DNA of 64,000 nt. It comes from Rhizodiscina lignyota. Its lineage: Eukaryota. Below are positions 1-12,600 of this stretch, one piece after another (positions within the stretch are counted from its first letter, which is position 1; each line of letters opens with the position of its first letter). Below the pieces are notes generated by a model. It was given only the letters and a program-made list of their open reading frames with translations, did not search any database and was not told the DNA's origin. The stretch is from assembly GCA_010015805.1 (NCBI GenBank), contig ML978121.1:1426001-1490000 (forward strand), read 5' to 3'. A program made the position numbers and the translations under genes.

Positions 1-1217
1 CCCTCTGGTAAGCCTTCGCACTCCGAGTGGAGGCAGCGTCATCTTGGTTGTTGAATCCCTTCAACGGTCCAGCACTCCACGCCTGGGCTTGCGGCAAGAT
101 CAACACGGAATCCATTCGATAGCTTCAATCAAAAGTGTTAGCTGTTCAACAATCGAGGCACAGCTCCATTATCGTAATTTGCACACAAGATGCAGTCGAT
201 TGCTTCAGTCAAGGTAGCCAACGAAGAATATCATCTCTTGAAATATCTACCGGACACTTCTTGTCCTAAGCTCATGCGGCTACTAACTGCTCCTGGCCTC
301 TCCTCTTCCACTTTTTCAACGTTTTTAGAGGTGATGTGCTCTTGAACATATCCCCAACTCAATTTCAGAAGGATTATTTCACCCTTCTAGTCTTCTCTTT
401 CGCCCATATAATGTATTCCACTTACTTTGGATGACAAAGATGACAAGCATGCCGAGCTAACGCGAGCTATCTGCTTGGCAAGAGTTGACAGAGCAGATTT
501 GGAATCAGAATTTGATAGAGCCCTCGCTGGAGAATGAATCGAAACCAGAGAGAAATAGAAAGGATACTGAAAACAGATCAAGCTACATTACAACGAATAA
601 ACACGTGGCAGAGACGTTTGCGCCATTCAAGTTATGGGTAATTCTGATACGGCAAGAAACGGGCCCCTTGCGCATCTGTCAATGCGATATTAGCGACTCA
701 TCGCAAGCAGCAAGGGTTTCATGGTGCAGACTATCTCGCATGTCTTTTGCATTCCTCCTCTACGGTATTCAGGAGAGTTTAACAGTCCCTTTCACGCTAG
801 ATTCAACTCTCGGATTCCTTTCCGGGAGTCATTTCCGCCGCGGGCAATGACCGCCATTGTGTGGCTTGGGCCGGCAATTTGGCGCTCGAACTGAATTTAA
901 AAAAAGCCAAGCTTACAATGCCCATTATGAGACTCACCATCATCATAAAGGCGACTGTCGCAAAACAATTATGGGCGGCACCGAAAATTCGGGTAAATGC
1001 TTAGGAAGAAAGTTGCGGCCTTTAGTCACCAGTTTGGGGACAGGGCGGGTGAAGGGCCGCCTATGAGCACGGAGTGGCGAACCCGATGATGCACCTTTTT
1101 GATACAAAACAACCCACCATTCTTCTTCGCGGACAACTTTCCAAGCTACACCAACGCCAATTGATCGTGTTAACACTACAACGCACTTTCTACATCTTGA
1201 TCTTCGAACCACACGCC

Positions 1218-2419
1218 ATGTCTTCCTCTCTCGATCAGCTCAAGGCGACGGGCACTGTAAGTGGTCGCATTTTGCTGCCCCTCGTTGGCGGGGACCCACG
1301 GAGAAGCTTCCCAACGACCGCCATATAAAATTTTCAAGAACGCGACAGCTAACATTGGACTTCAAATAGACCGTCGTCTGCGACTCTGGTGATTTCGCCA
1401 CCATTGACAAGTACCAGCCACAAGATGCGACCACCAACCCATCCCTCATCCTCGCTGCCTCGAAAAAGCCCGACTACGCTGCTCTAATCGACAGGGCCGT
1501 CGAGTATGGCAAGAAGCACGCCAGCGGTGACATTGATGCTCAGGTGGATGCCACTCTGGACAATCTGCTTGTCCAGTTCGGCAGCGAGATCCTGAAGATT
1601 ATTCCGGGCAAAGTGTCGACAGAGGTGGATGCAAGGTTTTCGTTCGACACCGAGGCTTCCGTGAAGAAGGCTCTGCACATTATTGAAGTACGTCTTTGTA
1701 ATTCGATGTGGAGCGAGGCGCATTCTGACCATTGTTTGAACAGCTTTACAAGGAGCAGGGAATCAGCAAGGACCGCATCCTCATCAAGATCGCTTCGACG
1801 TGGGAAGGCATCAAGGCTGCCGAGATCCTTCAGAGCAAGCATGGCATCAACTGCAACCTGACCCTCATGTTCTCCCTCGTCCAAGCCATTGCTGGCGCCG
1901 AAGCCGGTGCCTTCCTCATCTCTCCCTTCGTCGGCCGCATCCTTGACTGGTACAAGGCTGCCAACAAGAAGGAATATGCGCCTTCAGAAGATCCAGGCGT
2001 CAAGAGCGTTGAGAGCATCTTCAACTACTACAAGAAGTACGGCTACAATACGATCGTCATGGGTGCGTCATTCAGGAACATTGGTGAGATCACCGAGCTG
2101 GCTGGCTGCGACTACCTCACAATTGCTGTAAGTGTGCTCTTGCCCAAAGTCGATTGACAGATGCTAACTGGACACCCAGCCCGCCCTTCTTGAGCAACTC
2201 TTCAACTCAAAAGATGCCGTTCCAAAGAAGCTTGATGCCGCCAAGGCTTCCAGCTTGGACATTGAGAGGAAGAGCTACATCAACGACGAGGCGCTCTTCC
2301 GCTTCGACTTCAACGAGGAGCAGATGGCAGTTGAGAAGCTGCGTGAGGGTATCTCCAAGTTTGCCGCTGACGCCGTCACACTCAAGGGCATCCTGAAGGA
2401 GAAGATCCAGAAGGCGTAG
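1218..2419 (+). CDS. TAL1: Transaldolase (4 exons; introns about 1257-1369, 1688-1743, 2128-2179)
   Basis: Spliced translation [22 protein letters not shown]...[10 protein letters not shown]...[12 protein letters not shown]...[12 protein letters not shown]...NCNLTLMFS...[11 protein letters not shown]...[26 protein letters not shown] donors, CTAAC/CTGAC branch sites and YAG acceptors restore the frame. Confidence 0.97.
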
Positions 2420-2928
2420 GGAGCTTCATAGGGCGCATGCGGTATGGTGCGATTGAGGACGTTAATGCGTAGATTGGTTGTCTCCGCTTTGTGCTCCTCT
2501 CACTTTGATTCAAGATCAAAATTGTATTTAGCCTTCTACATGCAATGCCGTTCGGGCAATTATCGATAGAAGCTTGGCCAAAAGCAGTTTTGAAGGTACC
2601 TTTGTCATGAACGCGGCCTAGACTTTCAATAGCTGTGCTCCAGTGCAACTAACTGTAAATGTGCCGAATGTTCAAGTTCCACCGGAGAGTGGCCCGGCAT
2701 TGGCCAGGAGATTGATTATGACGTGACGTGACGAAAGATATACCTTACCGTAGCTATCGTAAAGTCCGAGCGGAACGTGCGTGCCCCTCACCGAGCAGCG
2801 AGTGGGCGCGCTGACATATTTCAAGTACCCTTCAGTTTCAAGTCTTCTTCTCTTCATCTCTCACAACAAGCAATTGCAAAGCTCCTTTTTCTTTCAATAC
2901 AGCAACAGAGATCTGATATACCGTCACA

Positions 2929-3860
2929 ATGGTCAAAGCCGGTAAGCTCAGCACCCCTTACTACCCTTTCCAGCACTCCAGAAGCTTCACTAGGCCAAAA
3001 GTGGGGTACCCTGAGGGCGAAAGAGCAGATTTTTCTCCCTCATCGAGCTCACTGGATGAGCTAACTCACCTCAATGGTTACCTTTATTACACTGGCCTTG
3101 CAATGGCTTATTCTATTTGTCGCCTAGTCCGCGACATTGAGCGTTTCCCTGTCACTCCATCTCTATCCGTTCTCGCTCGTTTGCACTCTATCCGAACGTC
3201 ACTAATGGGCCACAACAGTCGCCGTCCTCAGGGGAGACTCCAACGTGAAGGGCACTGTTACCTTCGAGCAGGATTCCGAGTCTGCTCCTACCACCATCTC
3301 ATGGAACATCAGTGGCCACGATGCCAGCGCTGAGCGTGGCATGCACGTCCATGCCTTTGGAGACAACACGAACGGCTGCACCTCAGCTGGTCCTCACTGT
3401 AAGCTTCAAGGCTCCCTCCCCCGCATCAATTGAAGGTGTTGAGGTTCAACTACGGGCTCTGGCTAACCATTGCGCTCAGTCAACCCCTTCAGCAAGGAAC
3501 ACGGTGCTCCGTCCGATTCCGAGCGCCACGTTGGCGACTTGGGCAACTTCAAGACCGACGGACAGGGCAATGCTCAGGGTTCCGTTCAGGACAAGCTGAT
3601 CAAGTTGATCGGCCAGGAGAGCGTTATTGGCGTAAGTAGTTTGGCCAACGTAATGATGCCGAGCTAACGGATCTCCTTAGCGTACTATCGTCGTCCACGC
3701 CGGCACTGATGACCTCGGGAAGGGTGGCCACGCCGAATCCAAGAAGACTGGCAATGCTGGTGGCCGTCCTGCTTGCGGTACGATGCAACTTTCTCGTTGT
3801 GTAAATTTGTTTTGCGGAAAGAACTAACAAAGAACAGGTGTCATCGGCATTGCTACCTAA
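2929..3860 (+). CDS. SOD1: Cu/Zn superoxide dismutase (5 exons; first intron 2942-3218)
   Basis: [22 protein letters not shown]...[23 protein letters not shown]...HGAP...RHVGDLGN...[40 protein letters not shown]. The metal-ligand His residues and disulfide Cys are present. Confidence 0.98.
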
Positions 3861-4596
3861 TCAACCAAGTTACACAATCGATCCATATCAGGCTCCAAGA
3901 GCGAAGATTGTAAGGGATCAATGGGAAAGATAAAAGCTGAAAACTCAATAGTGAATGCATAGATAGCACCTACCTGACAAATTGAAGCACTCTTTCCCTG
4001 TAGAAACATAACAGCGGTGAGACTCCGTATCACCCTAGGTCCGCAATAAATTGATGACTGCTGTATTGTGCACAAAAGCTGCCTGCCCTCAACATGCCGT
4101 GAAATTACATGCCTTGAATGTCGCCCCGCCGAATGCTAATTATGGCTGAAGGTGGCTGGTTCCGTCATCGCTCGCGTGGCCAAAATTTGACCCCACAAAC
4201 CTCAGTTGTTCTGCGATCTGTCCTATCCAGCTCCAATATCTCCTCAGCAACCAGATACATAGAGTTTGCTGCTCTTCAGAACTGTGCATAGCTCTCGCAT
4301 TTTCTTCGGGATAACGAATAAAATTCCCCTTCAGCTCCACGTCTGCAAAAGTTTCTGCTTACTGGCCAAGTCCACTTGTGCGTCCTGTCCAATTTTCGTT
4401 CGCCCTGAATGGGAGAGATTCCGCTTCTCTCCACGCTGGACAAGTAAAATATTACTTGAGCTCTATTCTAATTGCTAATTGTCTTGTCAAGAACTTCGTC
4501 ATTCTCCAAACCGACGCCCTCTGCCTACCCAAATCCCAAGTCGTCCCAAACTCGTCAGTCTCGTGCCCACCGCCAGAGCTACCACATCTCTCCAAA

Positions 4597-7281
4597 ATGT
4601 CGACTCTCCAGGCCCGCGTCAAGTCGGTCCTTTCAGGTGATACACTCATCCTCACCTCGGTCAACAACCCTCGCCAAGAACGCACGCTTTCCCTCGCCTT
4701 CGTCTCCGCTCCACGGCTTCGTCGTGAAGGCGACGAACCGTATGCGTTTGCGTCCCGCGACTTCCTCCGCCGCCTGCTCGTAGGCAAGGTCATACATTTC
4801 CGGACACTCTACAAAATCCCAACGACAGGTAGGGAATATGGCATCCTACTGGTGGGTGGAGCGCCCGGCCAGCCGGGCGCGAATCTCCCAGATTTGGCTG
4901 TTGAGGAGGGATGGGTGAAGCTGAGGGATGATGCGGGCCGGAAGGAAGAAGCGGAGGAGACGATGCAGCTACTGGAAAAACTCAGGGCGCTGGAGGCAAG
5001 AGCAAGGGTGGATGGGAAGGGTGTATGGGCGGAAGGTAAAGATGGGAGAGTCGATTGCGGATACGATGTCAGCGACGTGAAGGCGTTCGTTGATGAGTGG
5101 AAGGGCAAGAATATTGAGGCCATCGTGGAGAAGGTCATAACGGGCGATCGCCTAATTGCAAGACTTATGACGGGCCCAACGAACCACACGCAAACGCTGT
5201 TGCTGCTTGCGGGTGTGAGAGCACCAAGCACCAAGAGGACATTGCCAGACGGCACGGAGCAGGCAGGCGAGCCCTTTGCGGAAGAGGCACAGCAATTCAT
5301 TGAGGCCAGGCTGTTGCAACGGAACGTCACGGTTACGATACTCGGCAGCAGTCCCCAGAATCAACTCGTTGCCACGGTGAAACATCCCGCTAAAGGTAAC
5401 ATCGCACCATTTCTCCTCGAAGGTGGACTTGCGCGCTGTACGGATCACCACTCTACACTGCTAGGTCCGGAAATGTCGACTCTTCGCGCAGCGGAGAAGA
5501 AAGCCAAGGATGCACGAGTAGGTGTTTATAAGGGCCATGTCGCAGCAGCTCGGCCTGGTCAAAGTGAGCAAGACGTAGTCGTAAGCCGTGTTTTCAACGC
5601 AGATACGCTCTTCCTACGGAACAAGGCTGGCGCCGAGAAACGCGTCAGCTTGAGCAGCGTAAGACAGCCAAAACCGTCAGATCCTAAGCAAGCGCCATGG
5701 GGTGCAGAAGCGAAAGAATGGCTGCGCAAGCGTGCGATAGGAAAGCATGTACGCGTCACCATCGACGGGAAGAGAGCCGCCACTGAAGGTTATGAGGAGC
5801 GTGAGGTCGCCACTGTAACAATTCAAGGCAAGAATGTCGGCTTGATGCTTGTCGAGAATGGCATGGCGAGCGTCATTCGCCATAGACAAGACGATCAGGA
5901 CAGAAGCCCAATATATGACGAGTTGCTTCAGGCAGAACAAAAGGCTCAAGAGGAGAAGAAGGGCATGTGGGCAGACAAAGGCCCTGCGACCAAGGCATAT
6001 GTGGATTATTCGGAGAGTCTGGAGAAAGCGAAGCGCGCAATGGGACTACTCAGCAGGCAGAAGAAAGTCCCTGCAATCGTCGACTTTGTCAAGTCTGGAT
6101 CGAGATTCACAGTTTTGATCCCACGGGAGAATGCCAAACTCACCCTCGTGATCTCTGGTATCAGGGCGCCGAGGACAGCAAGGAATCCGTCTGAGAAGAG
6201 TGAACCGTACGGCACTGAAGCAGCCGACTTTGCGAACCGCAGATGCCTACAAAGAGATGTTGAAATTGACGTTGAGGACACGGACAAGGTTGGCGGGTTC
6301 ATCGGCACGATGTACGTGAACCGCGAGAACTTTGCCAAGCTGCTTCTTGAAGAGGGCTTTGCGAGCGTCCATGCATACTCGGCAGAGAAGACCGGCAACG
6401 CAAGCGAACTTTTCGCAGCGGAGAAGAAGGCGAAAGATGCGAGGAAGGGTATCTGGACGGATTGGGATCCAAGTCAAGACGAGGATGGTGATGGCGCAGA
6501 CGGCTACAACGACACCAATGGTGCAGCGACAAACGGCGATAGTGCAACTCCACGAAGCAACGATTGGAGAGAAGTAATGGTCACGCATATCGATCCTGCA
6601 ACGGCGAGAATAAAGGTGCAGACGATAGGCACGAGTACTACCGGCAAGCTCACAGAACTTATGTCTGCATTCCGCTCACTACACATCGGCGCCTCGTCCA
6701 ACGCTCAATCGCTCTCTGGCCCGCCAAAGACTGGAGAATATGTTGCGGCCAAGTTCAGCGAGGATGGCGAATGGTATCGTGCCCGAGTACGCCGGAACGA
6801 CCGCGAGAAGAAAACTGCAGAAGTGCTATATATCGACTACGGCAACACAGAGATGAGGCCCTGGAGTGAACTCCGTGTATTATCTGAACGCTATCATCCG
6901 GCAAAAGAGGGTCTCAAGGCCCAAGCAACTGACGTTGCGCTCACCCTCTGCCAGTTCCCTCCGCAAGGCGAGTACCTCAACGATGCGATAGGCTTTTTGC
7001 AGAACGCGCTTGAGGGTCGAAAACTGAAGGCCAGGGTTGACGCACAGGAGAAAGATGGACTGTTGTGGGTCAGCTTAATGGATTCCCAGAGTGATTCTTA
7101 TGATAAAAGCGTCAATGCTGACGCGGTGGCTGATGGCTACGCGCTGGTTCCGCGGAAGCTGAAGGCTTGGGAGCGAAGCGATGGAGAGGCTCTGAAGGCA
7201 ATGAAAAAGCTGGAGGAAGACGCGCGTGATGGTAAGCGGGGCATGTGGGAATACGGTGACCCCACTGCTGCGGACGACTAG
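4597..7281 (+). CDS. SND1: Tudor staphylococcal nuclease (Tudor-SN/p100), intronless
   Basis: Repeated SNase domains (VKSVLSGDTL, VEKVITGDRL, VSRVFNADTL, VDFVKSGSRF) plus a Tudor domain (AKFSEDGEWYRARV...VLYIDYGN), ending GMWEYGD. The real start is probably the ATG at 4597 (MSTLQARV), not the ORF-track start at 4378. Confidence 0.95.
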   Translation: MSTLQARVKSVLSGDTLILTSVNNPRQERTLSLAFVSAPRLRREGDEPYAFASRDFLRRLLVGKVIHFRTLYKIPTTGREYGILLVGGAPGQPGANLPDLAVEEGWVKLRDDAGRKEEAEETMQLLEKLRALEARARVDGKGVWAEGKDGRVDCGYDVSDVKAFVDEWKGKNIEAIVEKVITGDRLIARLMTGPTNHTQTLLLLAGVRAPSTKRTLPDGTEQAGEPFAEEAQQFIEARLLQRNVTVTILGSSPQNQLVATVKHPAKGNIAPFLLEGGLARCTDHHSTLLGPEMSTLRAAEKKAKDARVGVYKGHVAAARPGQSEQDVVVSRVFNADTLFLRNKAGAEKRVSLSSVRQPKPSDPKQAPWGAEAKEWLRKRAIGKHVRVTIDGKRAATEGYEEREVATVTIQGKNVGLMLVENGMASVIRHRQDDQDRSPIYDELLQAEQKAQEEKKGMWADKGPATKAYVDYSESLEKAKRAMGLLSRQKKVPAIVDFVKSGSRFTVLIPRENAKLTLVISGIRAPRTARNPSEKSEPYGTEAADFANRRCLQRDVEIDVEDTDKVGGFIGTMYVNRENFAKLLLEEGFASVHAYSAEKTGNASELFAAEKKAKDARKGIWTDWDPSQDEDGDGADGYNDTNGAATNGDSATPRSNDWREVMVTHIDPATARIKVQTIGTSTTGKLTELMSAFRSLHIGASSNAQSLSGPPKTGEYVAAKFSEDGEWYRARVRRNDREKKTAEVLYIDYGNTEMRPWSELRVLSERYHPAKEGLKAQATDVALTLCQFPPQGEYLNDAIGFLQNALEGRKLKARVDAQEKDGLLWVSLMDSQSDSYDKSVNADAVADGYALVPRKLKAWERSDGEALKAMKKLEEDARDGKRGMWEYGDPTAADD

Positions 7282-7876
7282 AGGCTTTCAACGCTGTACA
7301 AGTTGGTGTTTGGACTTATTTGGAAATGACTTCGAAAAGGAGCCTCTAGTTTGGGACGATGTTTAAGCATGAGCCTTAGGAATCAGCAGGGGGCATATCC
7401 TACAAAAGTATCTTTCACGTCCCTCGAATTGTGGGATTACCAAATATTTCTGTCATTCTTATGAATACATTCACTGGTGCATTCCTTTGGCTCCTTCAAG
7501 CGTTCTTTGCTCTATTTCAGAGCGGAATTTTATTTGCACTTTCCTGTTTGGGGATTCCGCTATGGGGCTGACGGAGAACATATCACCCCGGTGGCTTACT
7601 TAACCTCCAGTTTCGTGTGAGCTTTTAGGTAAAGACTTCACCGCAAGCCCAATTCTTAAGCTGTGACAAAACTGGTTATTTCCTTATACAAGCAGTCACA
7701 AATCTTAGCTCAGCAACGTCGTGAAACTTCGTCCTGTGTTGATTGGAGTCATTCGACTCATTCCGCAGTATCGTACCTGTTGTAGAGTCTGGATATCACT
7801 CCGACGGTAAGTCAGACGGAGTATAAGAGTGTGAAATCTCCGATATTTTTTCTTTGGATCAGAAGTTCAGAACAAC

Positions 7877-8954
7877 ATGAAAATGGGCTCTCTACGCGTG
7901 GCAGTTACTCAGGCAGAGCCAGTGTGGCTCGATCTCGCCGGCTCGGTGCAGAAAACGTGCAATCTCATTGTGGAAGCTGCAAAAGGCGGAGCGAAGCTCA
8001 TCGCTTTCCCAGAATGCTGGGTCCCAGGATATCCGCCTTGGATATGGTACGTTCCGTTTACAACTATGGGCTACCGAAGCTCATGCCCGGAAGAGTTCAC
8101 AGCGACTGACAGATTGCATCAGGGGTACTCATCCCATCGACTTCGAGTTCAACGTCAAATACAGCATGAATGCTCTCGTTGTGGATTCTCCCGAGATGAA
8201 GCAGATCTGTGCTGCAGCAGGGGAAAACTCCATTGTCGTCGTGCTCGGCTTCACGGAGCGTGGCGAGACGGGGAGCCTCTACATCTCCCAGGCTATCATT
8301 TCTCTCAAAGGGGAGCTACTCATGCACCGCCGCAAGATCAAACCCACGCATATGGAACGCACCGTCTTCGGCGACGGCTCCGGCAATGACCTCAAGAACG
8401 TGGTGGAGATCGACTTCGGTGGTGATGTTGGGAAAGTCAAAATCGGATGCTTAAACTGCTGGGAGCACACGTGGCCACTGCTCAAGTATCATACGTACAG
8501 CCAGGGCGAGGTGATCCATATTTCCTCGTGGCCACCATTGCAGCCTCCTCCTGCCGATGATGCTCCGGGCATGTGGTCGATGAGCGATGCAGGAACGAGG
8601 ACCTTGGCCCAAGCATATGCGATTGAGGGTGGTGGGTTTGTATTGTTGTCTTCTATGGTTTTCACCGAAAAAGGCGTCGAGACATTTAGAATGGAGGGCA
8701 ATCCGCTATTCGCCAAGGGAGGAGGGTACAGCGCGGCTATCGCACCAGATGGGCGGCTGATCACAAAACCGCTTGGAAGGCCGGACGAGGAGGGCATTGT
8801 TTATGCTGATCTGGACTTGACGAAGGTGATTGCGAATAGGTCGTTCACTGACGTGGTCGGCCATTATAGTAGGCCGGATCTACTCTGGTTGGGGTACGAT
8901 GATGAGCAGAAGGAGGTCAAGCGGAAGGCAGTAGCTGTGAGGGGTGATGCTTAA
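7877..8954 (+). CDS. Nitrilase (carbon-nitrogen hydrolase superfamily; intron about 8047-8122)
   Basis: [12 protein letters not shown]...[31 protein letters not shown] and LNCWEH give the Glu-Lys-Cys triad. C-terminal [12 protein letters not shown] motif. Confidence 0.93.
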
Positions 8955-9187
8955 GGATGATACATAGTGGCGGAGAACGGAAAGCAATTGCAATCTCGAA
9001 GGCATGGAGGAGGAAACTCATCAAATTGAAACGCTTTTGATCAACCAGTTCAAGAGTTTCCGACTGCTCCACGACTTTGGTGAACGTAACTCAATCCGTG
9101 AGCGATACTAACGAATGCTTTCCTCCATCTGACCTTTCCTCCTAAGCTAACTCCCTTCCCAATCCCATTCACCCATGAACAGTCGCC

Positions 9188-10698
9188 TCATCGATTGATT
9201 TTGGTGCGCTTCGAGGCACGACCACGTTTCATCACTGGAGAAGGACGCTTTGTCGGAGAAGGCATTTGACTATTATTTGAGTCGACACCATCGCTTAGCG
9301 CATGCAGAGAAGTCACACTTGATTCTGCACCCTCTTCACCCGAATTCCTTTCGCCCTCAACCTGGTCTGTGACGCTATTCGCCAATCCAATTGCCCCATC
9401 CCTTTGCTCCTTAGCCCAGTCTCGCAGGTTCCTGAACGCGGCTGCCCCGTTTCGGAAGGTCTCAATGTCCCCGTCCATTGCCCAAGAACCGATGAGGTGC
9501 GTGTAATACTCTTGTCGACCGTTTGGGCCATTCGTCCGAGCAGTGTAGATAGTATACATTGAAAGCTTATCTCCTTCGTAAATCGATGTGATGGTGTGCG
9601 CATTGTTGTCGAATTCTGGTTCGTTTGTCCCATACGAGCGAAGCTGGTGCTGACCTCTTTCGCCTAGTGCGCCGTCATAAACACACTGTCGTCGAACTAC
9701 CGCGCTAGTACCATCAGGACCCTTTGCGTGAAGAAAGAAGTTTGGTGCAATAGGTAGATCATCCTGCGTTGAAGGGATGATCATACCCTTGAGTCTATCC
9801 CGTATTCGGCGATCAAGCTGCTCGGGAAGTGCGCCGTCGTATAGGTCAGGATTACCCGGAGTGAGGGTATAATCACTAGTCAGACCAACTAGGCTTTGAA
9901 GGTTCCCAAATTTGATTTTACCACAAACGTATTTGGTTTCTCCGGAGCTGCCTTCAATGATAGAAACTATAGACTTTGTAGCTTGCTCCTCCTTTTTTGC
10001 ATTTGCAGTAGTTTCCTGAAATTTCTCAAACTCTTCATCTGTAAATCGAGACAGTGAAAGAGAAGGTCGACGTTGTTTTGCTCTTTCTCTAATCTCGTCC
10101 AAATTCTTCGGTTTCTCAGGCTTTCGACCATCTGAATATTTATAGAAGGCGGGAAACACCCCATGGTCTTTGAGTATTTGCTCAAAGTTACGAGAGTAGG
10201 GGCTTGTATTCCTGGTCTTTACTGTATTGGTAGTATCTTCGTTCTTCAAGACAGATGGCCGATTCGCAGCCGGCATCGTAGAGTGTTCAAGAGGATTGCT
10301 AGGTTCTGGATACTAGGACGACTCATTAGCATTCTCGTAAAACAAGGACATCTGGGGATGATTACTCCTCTCAGATCAGACGTGCCTGGACCACCCTGTC
10401 TAGCAAACCGCTTGACCTCTATCAAATCGTTCCTTGAATAACCGCTAAGTATCTCAGATGCAGACTGCTGTCCTTTAGCCCACTTAGCGAGAATGCTTCG
10501 TGTGAGAGGCCGGCGATTTTGTCGATACAGCGGAGGATGCTTGTTGGGCTTATTGTTTCTGCGGTTCAACTCTTTCAATGCGCATTTGGTAAGCCAGATC
10601 TTGGACAGGTTATCCCAATAACTTGATGGCGGCTGAGAGTCTGTATATTTGAGTTGGGGACGTTGCTCCGTGTGTTGGTGCATATGTGGATCAGACAT
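9188..10698 (-). CDS. Uncharacterised fungal protein with a putative PD-(D/E)xK-like nuclease fold (intron about 10365-10313)
   Basis: Two ORFs are joined by a GTAATC..GCTAAT..TAG intron. Motifs WDNLSKIWLT, KRFARQGGP..SDLRG, NPDLYDGA, PNFFLHAKGPDG...RQCVYDGALG.RG and FRNGAAAFRNLRDWA match a widespread ascomycete hypothetical family as recalled. The tail is basic and NLS-like. Confidence 0.8.
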
Positions 10699-11386
10699 TA
10701 TGATGAAGTGCTGCCAGGGTATAAGAGGACGGTATTTGGTAATATTTGACTCCTGTTTTTGCTTGCCATAGTCTAAGTCTAAGACACGGAGCTATGTAGA
10801 GAGACATTTTTGTTTGAGCGGATAGCGACACAAAGAACGCGCAAGACTGCATTAAAATTGCGGCACTGTGAAGGCGCAGACAAAGGGATGCTACCCCATG
10901 GGAGCTTGTTGAAATAGAGCGATAATAATAATACGGCTCGAAGACAAAGGATGTTTGGAATGTCTGCCAGCGATTAAACCTCCGTCCGCTATATGATGTT
11001 GTCGAGCTATCACGTGCATGCAGGTGAGTGACGACTATTAGAGAACTTGGCCCGGGAGCGTTCCTTATCACGACTAATCTGAACTAGGCAAGGCGTATGC
11101 CAAGAGGTATTCTTCCTGCGCTGAGACAAAGTCAGCGTGTGCGCAAAAACCCGGAAGCCGATTCTGCACGCTACTGCAACCCAGGGATTCGTGGACGCTA
11201 CTGTCGCGATTGGGAGGAGCGATTGAGGAAGCGCCCCGCTCCTTTGAACGACTTGAATGGTTGAGTTATTATCAAAATCTGCGTTGCGATAGTCAAGTAT
11301 GGAGCCATGCCTGGGCGGGACGCAAGGACCGCCGCGGATCCCCGTCAAGCCTACCCCATCGAATTCGAACCCCGAGTTGAGGGAGG

Positions 11387-12017
11387 ATGACGAGGGCGGC
11401 AAATGGTGTTTCGAAGAGAAAGAGGCAAGAAATTGAGATTTCAGATACGGAATCGACGGAATTAGATCGTATCGAATGTTCCAGAAGCCACGACAAGCCA
11501 ATTACAACCCCCAGCGAGCTCACGGAACTTATCACAGCACTGAAAGATATCATTCTTCAGCAGGGCCAAATTATCAAGAAAATCCAGAACGACCTCGCCG
11601 ACGTGAAGACTCAGAATAGAGAGCTTAAAGAAGAGCTTAAATCTGTGTAAGCGAAACTCGACGCCTACTCCGTGTCCCCTCCTACCACACGATCGTGGGC
11701 CTCTGTGGCTGTAGGCTCAAATAGTCTACCCTCTCCCACCGACTCGACCTTCTCGCACTCAGTATTATCTGAGCGACGACCGCAAGACTCCTACTGTGTG
11801 AGAATCAGCACTAGGCCACCGACCACCGGAACGGAGGGCCCAACCTTTACTAGATATCTACCGGCCGAGACAGCGAGCGCCCAAATCCAGACGGCCTTAT
11901 CTAATGTCGAGCTAACTAAAGACACGAGAGTCACAGGAGTGGGAACGACAAAAACAGGATATGTCGTGCGTTTCCCCAACGAACAGTCCGCAAGACTTGC
12001 TCAAGAGAACCCTGAGT
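11387..12017 (+). mobile_element. Truncated gag-like ORF1 remnant of a fungal non-LTR (Tad1-like) retrotransposon
   Basis: A coiled-coil is followed in frame (across TAA at 11648-11650, likely a former CAA) by RSWASVA...CVRISTRP...FTRYLP...IQTAL...VTGVGTTKTGYVVRF, resembling fungal LINE gag proteins. Similarity stops abruptly at about 12017 and no RT/endonuclease follows. Confidence 0.7.
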
Positions 12018-12600
12018 CACGTAACACGAATAACGTCGCGATTTATAGTAAAGGCTCGTCGTTTCCTTACGAAAGGTTATAGCTAGTATAACTTTCGAAG
12101 GTCGAAGGGAGAGGGACGCTTTTAAGGAGACAAAACGGCGAGGGTTAGTTATTAACTCGATCATATAACCGGTCGTCGGGTCGAGGGAGGTCGACAGCTA
12201 CTATACATACAGCTCGTAGCGAGGAGGAGGTGACTCGTATCGACTTTGACACTCAATTCGCGAGTAGAGCTTCTCGAGGTAGTTTAACGACTTGCCCGGG
12301 TCATATTGCTATCTAAGCCTAGCACGGGGGTGACAAAATAGCTAAGTCCTGTAAAGTTTAAACGTATTTGGCAAAAGCGAGGTTTCCTCTTCAACACCAG
12401 CGAGAGCATCTCTAAAAGGTCGATAAAATATATACTAGAGTTCGCTTATCTAACATACGCAGCTTTAGCGTGTATAACTTATATTAACTATCGAGGATAT
12501 ATATTCTCGTAGTTCTATATATTATAGCCATGACTCAACTATTTTGTCACCCACTTGCCTAGCTACATGTAGGATTGAGAAATTCTAAGTCATTAGGGCT
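12018..12600. repeat. RIP-like degenerate sequence (TpA-rich, CpA/TpG-poor)
   Basis: Abundant TA/TAA/TAG with CpG retained (e.g. ttatagctagtataactttcg, tatattctcgtagttctatatattatagc), and no long ORF. Judged by eye. Confidence 0.55.

Noticed and set aside
1..850. Possible minus-strand exon(s) running off the window start
   Set aside because: A branch/acceptor-like signal near 120-145 and a short open frame exist, but no recognisable protein or consistent gene model could be built.
4378..4596. 73-aa N-terminal extension of SND1 in the ORF track
   Set aside because: It starts at GTG and reads like 5'UTR sequence. SNase homology begins right after the ATG at 4597.
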